Shown piece by piece: positions 52,004-62,147 of a stretch of 64,000 bases of DNA. The position numbers were made by a program, and so were the translations under genes. The notes under the pieces were generated by a model that did no database searches, was not told the DNA's origin, and saw only the letters and a list, made by a program, of their open reading frames with translations. Each line of letters opens with the position of its first letter. The first letter of the stretch is position 1. Source of the stretch: an uncultured Methanoregulaceae archaeon (GTDB taxonomy: Archaea; Halobacteriota; Methanomicrobia; Methanomicrobiales; Methanospirillaceae); NCBI GenBank assembly GCA_963841015.1, contig CAWJAX010000003.1, positions 224,001 through 288,000 on the forward strand, read 5' to 3'.

Positions 52004-52086
52004 ATGAACGCCGCCGCGATTTACCTGATTAAAAATTGCTGAAACGTTCCTGCCCCGCCGTGCCTCTAAGAGGCCCTGAGGCGGGG
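52004..52086 (+). repeat. Hairpin repeat family B, copy 2
   Basis: cctgccccgccgtgcctctaagaggccctgaggcgggg (52049-52086) matches 14938-14973. Confidence 0.7.
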
Positions 52087-52190
52087 AACACTCATAAAGA
52101 ATTTTTTGACAAATTTTTTAATTCTGACGTGAACACAATTTGTTCATGTCCATTGTTCAAAGTAATCCTGAAAAAGTCCATCGCACCAGC

Positions 52191-53043
52191 TTATTTTTCA
52201 TTCATGAGTTTTTGCGCAAATGGCTGGCGTGACAGGAGGTGGGGACGGTCCTGTTCAGATCCATTCCATCCTGCGCTGTAGAGCAGGAGAAGGGCATTGT
52301 CCAGTGCCAGGTAAAATTCATGATCATTGTCCTGGCCAGGGGGCTGGTGTTTTGCCAGCAGATCCATATGTTCCGGATTAAACACCAGATAGGTAAACGG
52401 GCGGGGAAGTGACTTGTCCAGGAGGGTAGCATGTTCTTTCACAATGCTCAATGCACGGGCCAGGCATTGATCACACCCCGCAGTATCACTGTTCCCGGTT
52501 ACCGTTTCTGAAATCCTCGCCATTTTCGCATAATCTCCCTGAGCAAACTGGACAAATGCCAGCGTTGCGTTATGGGCAGTATCAGGAGAAATATTTTTCA
52601 ACGGTTCACGTGTCTGGTCTATATAGGCCTTTAAGCTTCCCCCAAGTTCCCTGCCCATGGATACTGCTGTGCCGGGTTTGCCAAAGCGGTATTTCAGTCG
52701 CACAAGGAGGATGGTAAGACTTATTGCATACAGGATCGGGAGGATCAAATCGGGTATCAGGTCGGAGGGCAGGACAAAAAAAATAATTGAATACAAAGGG
52801 GTTGTAAGCGCAACGATGTCCTTTTTTGGACGTATCCAGGCAAGGTAGGCAAGGATAAAGGAAGCTGAGTATACACCCGGCTGCAGCGATACGGAAACTC
52901 ATGAGGTATCCCTGGTCCAGGAGAAGGAATGCAATGAGGATCCCCCCGAATGAAAAAAGGGGAATGGCCAGTTCCAGCCAGCGGTGCATACGATTATCGG
53001 ATTGTGTGGGTTGATCGAAATCCTGCCTGGATTTTTCTGCCAT
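52191..53043 (-). CDS. Hypothetical membrane protein (N-terminal TMs, soluble C-domain), +1 indel near 52862
   Basis: ORFs 52606-53043 and 52191-52796 join to give ..SFILAYLAWIRPKKDIVALTTPLYS.. Confidence 0.7.
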
Positions 53044-53116
53044 AAGAACCTTCTCCGGAGAATATTTTTGAGGTACGAGCTAAAAAATATGATAATAATT
53101 CGGTTTTTTAAATAGT

Positions 53117-53620
53117 TCAGGATTTGTCAATTTTTCTGATCGAGACGCAGTTGACAACCGGATCGCCAGTGACAACATACCTCTTGATTACCTGGCCGAG
53201 AACTTCAACAACATCATTCACTTTTATATCCTCTGGCGAGCTGGTAAACATCTTGACCGATATCGCACCGGAACGGTCTGCAACAAGATACTGGGGACGG
53301 TTCAGGAACTGGAAATAAACCCTTTCCACGACGCCTTCAATCCGTACGGGTTTTCCCACCATACTCTCATTGATCAGCTTGATCCGGACCGTCTTAGCCT
53401 CTGCCTCATAGATCGGCTCGAGATTATTGTACTCGCTCCGGCTCATGTAATTGAGGGCCATGGGGATAACAAGCAGCAGGAACAGGGCGGGGATCATCCA
53501 GATAAGCTGGGATCTCACTTCAGGACTGTACAAGGATGCAAACAGTAAAAAAATGGTGAAGAACACAAACACCGCAACAGCGACGATTGAGACCTTCACC
53601 TCAACAGTTCCAATTCTCAT
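53117..53620 (-). CDS. Membrane-anchored OB-fold protein
   Basis: Two TM helices then VRIEGVV..YLVADRSGAI..DVVEVLG. Confidence 0.8.
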   Translation of the reverse strand: MRIGTVEVKVSIVAVAVFVFFTIFLLFASLYSPEVRSQLIWMIPALFLLLVIPMALNYMSRSEYNNLEPIYEAEAKTVRIKLINESMVGKPVRIEGVVERVYFQFLNRPQYLVADRSGAISVKMFTSSPEDIKVNDVVEVLGQVIKRYVVTGDPVVNCVSIRKIDKS

Positions 53621-53644
53621 TAAAAAATAGTATGTGTGGTTAAT

Positions 53645-54526
53645 CTACTTCAGTGCTGCGATCTCTTTCTTGAACGCAACCCAGTAGAGAATACCAACGA
53701 AGAACAGTCCGCCGACGATGTTGCCCAGCGTGACAATTAAGACGTTTGCTGTCCACATGTTGACCCAATTTGCTGTGGTTGGAACACCGGTCAGCATTGA
53801 GGTAAAGATACCTGCGGGGATGAAATACATGTTGGCAATGGAGTGTTCCAGTCCGCTGGAAACGAAGGCCATGATCGGGAACCAGATTCCGAAGAATTTC
53901 CCAACCATGTCATCTGAACAAATCCCAAGGAGGATAGCGAGGTTGACAAGATAGTTGCAACCAATTGCCTTGAGGAACGCTGACCACATGCCCATCATGC
54001 CGACATAACTTACCTTTGCACCAGCTATGGCAATAGCCCGTGAACCAAACGCAGTAATCGTGGCTGCGCCAGCTGCGTCCCACGTTACGAATGGACCGTT
54101 TGCCATAAGGTATGCCCAGAAGAGTGAGCCTATCAGGTTCCCTATGTAGACAAAGACCCACAGGGTCAGGACCTGTGCCCAGCTGATCTTGTGGATGAAT
54201 GCGGCCATCGGGGCAAGCATTGCGTCCCCAGTGAAGAGCTCAGCACCTGTAAGCACGGTGATGATAAGCCCAACCGGGAACACTGCTCCCAGAACAAGCT
54301 GTGCCATACCTGCTGACGCAAAACCACCAGGAATTGCTCCCGCTGTTATCTGAGCGGCTGAATAGGCAATTCCTGTACTGCACACTGTTGCAAGAGCCCC
54401 ACCCATAGCGATGTATGCGCCGGACATGAATCCACGAATAACCATGTTCCATGCGGGAAGGCCTACTTTGTACTTACCGGCATCGCCAGCCTTTGCGACG
54501 ATTGCTACCGGAGGATGAAACACCAT
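53645..54526 (-). CDS. fdhC: Formate/nitrite transporter FdhC
   Basis: FPVGL..GAELFTGD, GNLIG, AIGCNYLVNLA, LEHSIANM, VTLGNIVGG; SD GAGGTG before MVFHPP. Confidence 0.93.
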   Translation of the reverse strand: MVFHPPVAIVAKAGDAGKYKVGLPAWNMVIRGFMSGAYIAMGGALATVCSTGIAYSAAQITAGAIPGGFASAGMAQLVLGAVFPVGLIITVLTGAELFTGDAMLAPMAAFIHKISWAQVLTLWVFVYIGNLIGSLFWAYLMANGPFVTWDAAGAATITAFGSRAIAIAGAKVSYVGMMGMWSAFLKAIGCNYLVNLAILLGICSDDMVGKFFGIWFPIMAFVSSGLEHSIANMYFIPAGIFTSMLTGVPTTANWVNMWTANVLIVTLGNIVGGLFFVGILYWVAFKKEIAALK

Positions 54527-55008
54527 TCTTTTAAACACCTCTGAAACGTTTCAACCTATACCAGCAACGTATTAAATCACTTTTCGTATAGGTCAATTTA
54601 CACTCTTTTTTGAGGGTTATTAATAATTTTCGGATTGTTTGCCAAATAGAGTCAAATTGAGGGAAAGATCCTTGAAATCTTTTTCTGAAGGAGAATAAAC
54701 TAAAACACTTAACAATTTTAATTTTTTAACTATTTTTATGCAACTTTTTTCAATTTATTACCAGAATATATCCTTTCTGGTAACGACAATATTACTGAAT
54801 ATCCACAACGCGCGATATGATTACGTCGATTGACGAAACATGCGGAGAACATGATCCTTGAGAGATTCTTATACTTCTTCCTGGTTTTTTCGGGATATCA
54901 TCCTTTTAAAAAGTTCAAAATTAATTTTTGCTACACCAAAAAAATTTTGCATCCACAACATCAAAACCAAACCGTTAAACAAAAAAAGGTGCGGGGATAA
55001 GAGGATCT

Positions 55009-55464
55009 ATGGATAAAAGAATACAGGTCATTCTCGTTCTCGGTATAATCGTCACCATCATTTCTGCTTTTTTAGATATGTACCTTGCAGGAATTGTCGG
55101 GGTGATCTTCATTGCCATTATTATGTCGTTGATGATTATGCAGGACACCACGGGAATTCCGGAAGTTATGGTAAAGCTCGGTGACGAAGCAAAAAGTATT
55201 ATCCTGACAAATAACGGAAACGCACGGGCAGAAAATATTCACGTTACCCTGATACCCAGTAATGTAGAATTTGATATTGCCTCGCTTGATGTGGACTCGG
55301 TCTATGAATATGCCCTGGGCGCAATGGTTCAGGAGATTAAAATTAAAATAACCTATAGCAATGAAAACAAAAGACTCTTTTCCAGCTCAAAAAAACTTTC
55401 AGTATTTGACGAGGACCCTGATATACTGAGACCTTTGATCCCCATGTTCAAATGGAAGAAATAA
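55009..55464 (+). CDS. Hypothetical membrane protein (2 TM plus Ig-like domain)
   Basis: Two TM helices then LTNNGNARAENI. Confidence 0.75.
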   Translation: MDKRIQVILVLGIIVTIISAFLDMYLAGIVGVIFIAIIMSLMIMQDTTGIPEVMVKLGDEAKSIILTNNGNARAENIHVTLIPSNVEFDIASLDVDSVYEYALGAMVQEIKIKITYSNENKRLFSSSKKLSVFDEDPDILRPLIPMFKWKK

Positions 55465-55622
55465 TTCCTTTTTTTGTACAGGGAAGAAGAATCGGATCTG
55501 GCAACGTAATGTAGCCTTTCTCCTAGGACGGACAGACTCTTTCCTGCTTTAAAAAAAATCCTGCCTCCAAAAGCTCCAAAGTTTTTTTTCAGCTATTCAG
55601 ATAAAGAAACGTAAGAAAATCC

Positions 55623-55831
55623 TGCTCTGTAGAAATGCTCAATTACAAGCTAAACGCTCAAGGGGGTTTCACCCCCGCCGCTGTGGCTCCCCCGATGCGA
55701 TAACTCCCGCAACGGTGCTACGTCATCATCGCTCAGTGCAGGGGCGGCATGGGGGGACAGGCACTGTCCCCTCCTTCATTCGTACCAGCATCTTGAATTT
55801 CACATCAATGGAAAAGGAATTCTACAGAGCC
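55623..55831 (+). mobile_element. Full-length MITE family A (~209 bp) with TIRs and 8-bp TSD
   Basis: TIR gctctgtagaa (55624-55634) / ttctacagagc (55820-55830); flanking gaaaatcc at 55615-55622 and 55832-55839; two further copies in the window; no ORF. Confidence 0.88.
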
Positions 55832-55962
55832 GAAAATCCCCTTATTTGATTAACCGCGATTTTTTATTGGAATATACTGTGCACAAAATGTGGAATCCAT
55901 GGAATGGGATATTTCTCTGTAGTTTCTGTATGTACCGGAAAAATAAAAAAAAATGGAAAAAA

Positions 55963-57213
55963 TTATTTTGGCATTGGATTGAACACGTTCTCGTAGATCA
56001 TGTCGCTGCCGGTATTGTTCAGCCGTGCACGCTCCTCTTTCTCCTCGACCATAGCAAGGAGCGGGAGTTCCATGTTCACGCCGGGGACATGACCGAACAT
56101 CTTTTCGAGTTCAACCTGTTGTGCGTGCATGAAGAGTGCGTTGGGGATTTCTGCCGGGCAGAGTTCTTCGCACTGGCCACAGTTCACACAGGAGTCCGCG
56201 ATATGGGCAAACCGGATGAGGTGGAACATGAAATTGGGCGGAAGTTCGCCGGGTTTGACATATGCTGGGTTCTTGGTTGTGCAGTCCTCACAATAGCAGA
56301 TAGGGCATGCCTCGATACACGAGTAGCACTTGATGCACCGTGAAGTCTCATTCATGATCTTCTTCAGGCGGTCCCTGCCTTCTCCAAGTGCTTCAAAGTC
56401 GTGCTTGCGCCACTTGTCACCAAGCTTCATCATTGCGCCTTCGACTTTACCCCGGATCTCAAGACCTTTGGGATTCGCTGCTTCAGTCGCAAGGATACCG
56501 GATTTCACGGCACTGTTCAAGAGGTTTGCACCTTTTTCGCTGCAGACTTCCACAAAGGTTGCCTTACCGGCCTTGTCGCCGATAACACCCCAGTTCCCGC
56601 AGGCGAGATCAGCCTGGCGGGGAATTTTAAGTTTGCAGCGGCGGCAGTTGGACCTGCGCCCGTAGCCTGCTTCTTCGAGCTCGTCTATCGAGATACCCTT
56701 GTGTCCGCCTTCGTACTCGATGATGAACTGGCCCTTGTCGATCTCTTCCTTGTGGACCTTGTCCGGGTCGACCCCGAATTTATCGGTAATCATTTTGCGG
56801 GCAAGGATCGGGCTGACAGAGCCACCGCAGTTGACACCGATCATGATAACATTGTCAAGGTTGATCTGCTTGCGCTTAGCAAGCTCGTAGAATCCCATCA
56901 TGTCGCAACCTTTGACCGTCACGCCGATCTTCTTGGTCTTTGCACCGTCAAGATATTTCTTGACCAGTTTCGGGAGCAGGAGAGTTCCGCAATGGAGGGA
57001 ACCAGCAGTCTGGGCCAGATCCTTGGCATCCGTGATGACCACGGGCTGTGCGTCGTAGAGATCGGTTCCTTTCTGGATAGCAAGGACTGCATCAACGGCC
57101 TTTGTTTCAAGTGCATGTTTCCAGAGTGCGGTTACCGCACCACCGAGTTCTGCCTTCTTCTTGATGTCAGCGTCGTTGGTCCATGCGTAGAGCATATCGC
57201 CTTTCTTTGCCAT
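55963..57213 (-). CDS. fdhB: F420-dependent formate dehydrogenase beta subunit
   Basis: ELGGAVT, AGSLHCGT, KGCD, GVNCGG, CRRC, C-terminal 2x[4Fe-4S] motifs. Confidence 0.95.
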   Translation of the reverse strand: MAKKGDMLYAWTNDADIKKKAELGGAVTALWKHALETKAVDAVLAIQKGTDLYDAQPVVITDAKDLAQTAGSLHCGTLLLPKLVKKYLDGAKTKKIGVTVKGCDMMGFYELAKRKQINLDNVIMIGVNCGGSVSPILARKMITDKFGVDPDKVHKEEIDKGQFIIEYEGGHKGISIDELEEAGYGRRSNCRRCKLKIPRQADLACGNWGVIGDKAGKATFVEVCSEKGANLLNSAVKSGILATEAANPKGLEIRGKVEGAMMKLGDKWRKHDFEALGEGRDRLKKIMNETSRCIKCYSCIEACPICYCEDCTTKNPAYVKPGELPPNFMFHLIRFAHIADSCVNCGQCEELCPAEIPNALFMHAQQVELEKMFGHVPGVNMELPLLAMVEEKEERARLNNTGSDMIYENVFNPMPK

Positions 57214-57214
57214 G

Positions 57215-59281
57215 TTACTTCGCCTCCGCGATCTTCTCTATCCGCACAGCACAGGCCTTGAACTCCGGAATTGCCGCAGTCGGGTCAAGCGCGTTGTTGG
57301 TCAGTGTGTTGGCTGCACATTCCACGTAGTGGAACGGGATGAAGACTACACCTTTCTTGATGTTGGGGGTGACCCGTGCACCGATCTTGATCTCTCCTCT
57401 TCGGGTGATGGCCTTGACCATCTCCTTGTCCTTGATGTTGAGGGCTTTTGCATCCTCCGGGTTGATCTCGACCCAGCCGGTCGGTTCTTCGCGCTCAAGA
57501 CTCTCGGAGCGGCGGGTCATGGTCCCGGTGTGCCACTGCCAGATACAGCGACCGGTGGTCAGGATCAGCGGGTAGTCCTTGTCCGGAACTTCTGCCGGGT
57601 ATTTGAACTCGATCGGGGTGAAGATACCCAGTCCGTCCGGGTGGGTGAACTTCTCCTTGTGCAGGATCGGGGTTCCCGGGTGCTCCTTTGTCGGGCAGGG
57701 CCAGTGCAGAGTGCTTCGGGCTTTCTCGAGCCGTGCATAGTCCATGCCACCATAGGACGGGGTGACCTTGGAGATCTCGGTGAATACCTCTTCTGCACTC
57801 TTGTAGGGGAACTGTTTTTCGAATCCCATGTGCTTTGCCAGCTCGCAGAAGATCTGCCAGTCGGCCTTGGCCTCACCGGGCGGTTCCTGTGCCTTTCTCC
57901 ACTTCTGGACACGGCGTTCGGTGTTGGTCTGGGTGCCGTCCTTCTCGGCATAGCAGGCAGCGGGTAATACAACGTTGGCAAACTGGGCCGTCTCGGTCAT
58001 GAAGATATCCTGGACGACCATGAATTCGATATTCTTCATTGCTTTCTCCACGTGGTGGAGATCGGGGTCGGAGATCATCGGGTTCTCGCCCATGATATAG
58101 ACACACTTGACCTTGCCGGGTTCGTCAGCGAGTGCATTGATCAGCTTGGTGACGGTGAAACCAACTTTTCCTTCGGCAATCGTGCAGCCCCAGGCGTCTT
58201 CCATCTTCTTCTTATTCTCAGGGACGATGACGGCCTGGTACCCGGAGTACACATTGGCGAGCGCTCCCATGTCGCAGGCGCCCTGCACATTGTTCTGGCC
58301 CCGCAGTGCACAGATGCCGGTACCGGGTCTTCCCAGATTTCCGGTCAGCATCTGGAGGTTGGCAATCGACTTGACATTGTCGACACCGGTCGTGTGCTGG
58401 GTGATACCCATGGAGTAGAGGACCGCGGACTGGCCGGACTTGCCAAACCACTCTGCCGCCGTGATGAGGTCCTTTTCGGGGATACCACTGATCTTCGAGA
58501 CGTTTGCCGGACTATAGGCGTCCTTCATGACGATCTCTTTGACCTTCTCGAAATCCTTGGTACGGTTCTTGATGAAGTCCTTGTTCTCCCACCCGTTCTT
58601 CAGGATTTGCTGCATGAAGCAGTTGAAGATGGCGACATCAGTTCCGGAGTAAAACGGAAGGTACAGGTCTGCCTGCTTCCCGGTGGGGGTGAACCGCGGG
58701 TCGGCGTAGATGACTTTCGCACCCTTCGCCTTGGCCTGCATGACACGGCGACCGATCAGCGGGTGCGTCTCAAACGTGTTGCTGCCGATAATTAAGAGAC
58801 ACTTGGATTCGGCAATATCGGCAATCGACTGGGTCATTGCACCGGACCCGAACGCACCGGCCAGACCGACGACCGTCGATGCATGGCAGAGACGGGCACA
58901 GTGGTCGATGTTGGGGGTCTTTAAAACCGCCCGGGCAAACTTCTGCATCAGGTAGTTCTCCTCGTTGGAGACACGGGCTGATGCAAGGCAGGCGCTCTGT
59001 TCGCCCTGATACATCTTGAACTTCTCGGCAATCAGCTTGTATGCCTCGTCCCAGCTCGCCTCGACAAATTTCCCCTCCTTCTTGATGAGCGGCTTGGTCA
59101 GGCGGTCAGGGCTGTTAATAAATTCAGCGGCATAGTTGCCCTTCGGGCAGAGCTTGCCGTCGTTCACCGGATTGCGGTGCCACGGTGCGACGCCGACAAC
59201 CTTCTTGTCCTTGACAACAAGGTTGAAGCCGCAACCGGTCCCGCAATACGGACACGTGGTTGGTACGTACTTCATATCCAT
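57215..59281 (-). CDS. fdhA: Formate dehydrogenase alpha subunit (Cys form)
   Basis: CPYCGTGC, LCPKG, DHCARLCHAS, LRGQNNVQG, PEFKACAV. Confidence 0.97.
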   Translation of the reverse strand: MDMKYVPTTCPYCGTGCGFNLVVKDKKVVGVAPWHRNPVNDGKLCPKGNYAAEFINSPDRLTKPLIKKEGKFVEASWDEAYKLIAEKFKMYQGEQSACLASARVSNEENYLMQKFARAVLKTPNIDHCARLCHASTVVGLAGAFGSGAMTQSIADIAESKCLLIIGSNTFETHPLIGRRVMQAKAKGAKVIYADPRFTPTGKQADLYLPFYSGTDVAIFNCFMQQILKNGWENKDFIKNRTKDFEKVKEIVMKDAYSPANVSKISGIPEKDLITAAEWFGKSGQSAVLYSMGITQHTTGVDNVKSIANLQMLTGNLGRPGTGICALRGQNNVQGACDMGALANVYSGYQAVIVPENKKKMEDAWGCTIAEGKVGFTVTKLINALADEPGKVKCVYIMGENPMISDPDLHHVEKAMKNIEFMVVQDIFMTETAQFANVVLPAACYAEKDGTQTNTERRVQKWRKAQEPPGEAKADWQIFCELAKHMGFEKQFPYKSAEEVFTEISKVTPSYGGMDYARLEKARSTLHWPCPTKEHPGTPILHKEKFTHPDGLGIFTPIEFKYPAEVPDKDYPLILTTGRCIWQWHTGTMTRRSESLEREEPTGWVEINPEDAKALNIKDKEMVKAITRRGEIKIGARVTPNIKKGVVFIPFHYVECAANTLTNNALDPTAAIPEFKACAVRIEKIAEAK

Positions 59282-59375
59282 GTTCTAACCTCGAACAAAA
59301 AAAATTAGGTTTGAGCCTATTTAAACATAATGAATTTTGTGCCAAAAGTGATTAATAGCGGTGGGTAGAGAGATA

Positions 59376-59383
59376 CATATAAA
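59376..59383 (-). promoter_or_regulatory. TATA box candidate for fdhAB
   Basis: TTTATATG on the minus strand ~95 bp upstream of the fdhA ATG. Confidence 0.5.
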
Positions 59384-59476
59384 GAGTTCGTTTGAATGTC
59401 CTTTCATTAAAAAGTCTGCTTAATCAAACAATAATATTTAATCCGGCCCCCTGAATCAGTCGTTACGCGCAATACT

Positions 59477-60112
59477 ATGAAACCACCCCGTATTCACCCG
59501 CTCCTTGCAGATGTTGTCCAGACAGCGTTGCTGACATGTAATGGTATAATTTTTGATACCCTGAGCGCCTGCCCGGAGTGTGGTGGAAAACTCTCCGGCT
59601 ACGATAGGAAAAAGAAGCAGTTTGTCATCATGCATGACCAGGGAAAGAGAATCCCGGTACATGTCATAGTGAAACGGTTCGCCTGCCGGGAGTGCGGCAT
59701 TGTCTGTTTTGCAGAAGAACCATTCTATCCGGCAACCCGGGCAGGCTCTCCCATTGTCGATCTCTGCGTGACCCTTTCTGCTACTATGCCTTTTTCCCGT
59801 GCCACCGTATATCTTGAACACCTTGGAATACTGATTGACCGGGGTACCGTCCGCAATTATGCACGGTCGGCATATCCTGGAATTCCTACCACGGACCTGT
59901 TCGGAATACGATTACCCTTATCGATAGTTTCACTCTCGGAACTCGCTACGCGTTTCAGTGAGGGGGGTCGCATCCCAGGGACAGAAGCGCTCGCTGCCTG
60001 TGGTTTCCCATCCGCATACCGGGCAGCGCCGGACAATCTCCTTTCTCCAGAAAAAAGGAATGAGCGGAATAAAGAGAAAGACAAAGAAGAACGGAAGACC
60101 AAGAGCCCATAA
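59477..60112 (+). CDS. Hypothetical zinc-ribbon plus HTH protein resembling a transposase N-terminus
   Basis: CPECGG...KRFACRECG then LGILIDRGTVRNY; no DDE domain. Confidence 0.65.
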   Translation: MKPPRIHPLLADVVQTALLTCNGIIFDTLSACPECGGKLSGYDRKKKQFVIMHDQGKRIPVHVIVKRFACRECGIVCFAEEPFYPATRAGSPIVDLCVTLSATMPFSRATVYLEHLGILIDRGTVRNYARSAYPGIPTTDLFGIRLPLSIVSLSELATRFSEGGRIPGTEALAACGFPSAYRAAPDNLLSPEKRNERNKEKDKEERKTKSP

Positions 60113-60175
60113 TACCAGAGTAATCGCAAGGGATCCGAAAAAAAGAATGAGGCTTATCTGCCATAGTTTCAGCAT
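59930..60175 (-). CDS. Small membrane protein with C-terminal zinc ribbon
   Basis: Hydrophobic hairpin then CPVCG..FCPWDATPL. Confidence 0.7.
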   Translation of the reverse strand: MLKLWQISLILFFGSLAITLVLWALGLPFFFVFLFIPLIPFFWRKEIVRRCPVCGWETTGSERFCPWDATPLTETRSEFRE

Positions 60176-60245
60176 AGTATTACTATCCAGGAAAACGCGG
60201 GGATCATAAAAACCACTGCTCCCTCAGGACCTTCCGTAACAATTC

Positions 60246-61182
60246 TCATGAATTTTTGCCCCGTAGAGCCACCTCTCGAACAGAAAATGCTGGCAGGGCG
60301 TCAGCATACGAACCCAGTTTTTTTGTGAGATCAATTCCATCCAGTTCCCGGGAGAACAAATGCGCCCCAATCCCCCCTACAATTATCTGCCGGGCAGCGG
60401 ACTGTGCTGCAACACGCTGCACCTGATCGCAGATCAATCCCCTCTGCTTTTCCCAGAACTGTTCGGCAATCCGGTACGCACCCTCGGGTCCGATCTCGTC
60501 AAGATCTGCACAGACAACCCGGGCGAGCCGTCGAAGTGCTGCTTTTTTGGTCTTTTCTTTCTTATCGGGTGTATCACAAGTATACTGTGCCGAGAGTGAT
60601 ATGCCCCATGACGAGGTGCGCATCTGCACTGATGGCAAAAAACTCAGAACTTACCGGTGTGACAAAACCGTCAAGCATGACTGATTGCAGGATTGTGGCA
60701 ATATTTCCCCGGAGCATTCCTGTATAGATAAGATAACCCTTCTGCAGCCGCATAAGATCAGTCAGGCCCTTCATTGATTCAAAACACATGAGCGGGATAA
60801 TATCGGCTGTAGTACTGCCGATATCCAGAAGAACTGCATCGGGAAATTCTTTTCGCAGGTAATCTGCGGAGGCAAGCCAGTTTGCAGCTGCAAGCTGAGG
60901 CACAGCACGATCGTGAAACTGCCCGTCAGTGCCATAAAACCGGGCAGAATGAAACGCATTCCTGACTGCATTCACAATAAAGGAGATGCCCTCCATCTTG
61001 CTCTCAAAACAGTCGGCAAGTTCCCCGCTCATCACAACAGCTGCCGGACTATCGGGTTCAGTGACATACTTGTTCAGCAGGGTCGTGAGGGGTGCCCCTT
61101 CCCAGAGCGGGCAGTAATGGAGGTGAGGGCCAGTATCATCAACGATTTTGAGATTAGCACCCCCCACATCGATCCCAATCAT
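60246..61182 (-). CDS. mfnF: Methanofuran biosynthesis protein MfnF (hydantoinase/oxoprolinase-like), +1 indel near 60590
   Basis: IGIDVGGANLK, MSGELADCF, AAANW, DIGSTTADIIP, RRLARVVCAD; coupled to the ATP-grasp gene. Confidence 0.82.
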
Positions 61183-62066
61183 ATCCGTGTGACCTTCCCC
61201 TGCGTGTCAAAACGGACACTGCCTGTCAGGTGCACCTGGACCGGCCCCCCGCCTTTCGATGCCGCTACAAGAATATCGGCAATCTCTTCTTTCATGCAGG
61301 CTGCAATACCAACCAGACTGGTAGTGATCCTCGGGTTAACATCCACGACATATACCTTATCGGAAACGACAACATCAATACCGCAATATCCCTGGCACCC
61401 GAGGACCTCGACTACATTTTTAGCAACCGCAATAATTTCTTCTTCGCGAGCGGAATGCGCCGGGGTCTCGCCACCACGGTAATGTATCGAGCCGTCACTT
61501 CCTGTTTCAATATATTGCCGGTTTACTGCGAGAACCAGAGGGGGTTTCCCTGAGAAATACAGGCACGCATCACCCACCACCCGGCTTGCAACAAGACTCA
61601 CCGAAAAGTGTTCACCGTCAATATATTTTTGCGAGAATTCCCCCGCCCCGGTCAGGCCATCGGATATGCGCACACCCTGCGCACCACATCCTTTTACCGG
61701 TTTGATCACCCGCTTTCCTGCAGAAGCTTCAGCCGGTACGGTCACCTTGTGCGAACGCAGGATCTTTTCGGTCTGCACCTTGTTGGCACAGAGTGCAACC
61801 GTCATAAACCCGCACCCAAGGTTATGCGTGTGCTGCTCAAGGATCTGCGTGTACCGCGCAAGCAGGTAATCCGGTGCTATCACGAGCCCCATGTCGCACG
61901 AGGGAGCAAGGCGTTCTATCTCCGCGCCAAAGTCCCCGTTGCCGGGCACAATGACCTCATATCCACAGCGCTCAAAACTCTGTTTCAGAACCGAGAGCAT
62001 TGCAGCACCTTCAGGAGCAAGCGAAGAGTCATGAGCTGACGCATATTCAGCAAGAAGGACCTTCAT
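61179..62066 (-). CDS. mfnD: Tyramine--L-glutamate ligase MfnD (ATP-grasp)
   Basis: LAPEGAAML, VIAPD, IKPVKGCG, GYCGID, VDVNPRITTS; adjacent to mfnF. Confidence 0.8.
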   Translation of the reverse strand: MKVLLAEYASAHDSSLAPEGAAMLSVLKQSFERCGYEVIVPGNGDFGAEIERLAPSCDMGLVIAPDYLLARYTQILEQHTHNLGCGFMTVALCANKVQTEKILRSHKVTVPAEASAGKRVIKPVKGCGAQGVRISDGLTGAGEFSQKYIDGEHFSVSLVASRVVGDACLYFSGKPPLVLAVNRQYIETGSDGSIHYRGGETPAHSAREEEIIAVAKNVVEVLGCQGYCGIDVVVSDKVYVVDVNPRITTSLVGIAACMKEEIADILVAASKGGGPVQVHLTGSVRFDTQGKVTRI

Positions 62067-62147
62067 CACTGTTCTCTTTGCGCTGAAAGAAAATTACCCT
62101 ATCCGATCGGTGAACTATTTGAGGGTGCAGTTCATACGTGAATGCAC

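Noticed and set aside
58860-58915. Selenocysteine in the FdhA active site
   Set aside because: Reads CARLCHAS with a Cys codon; no in-frame TGA
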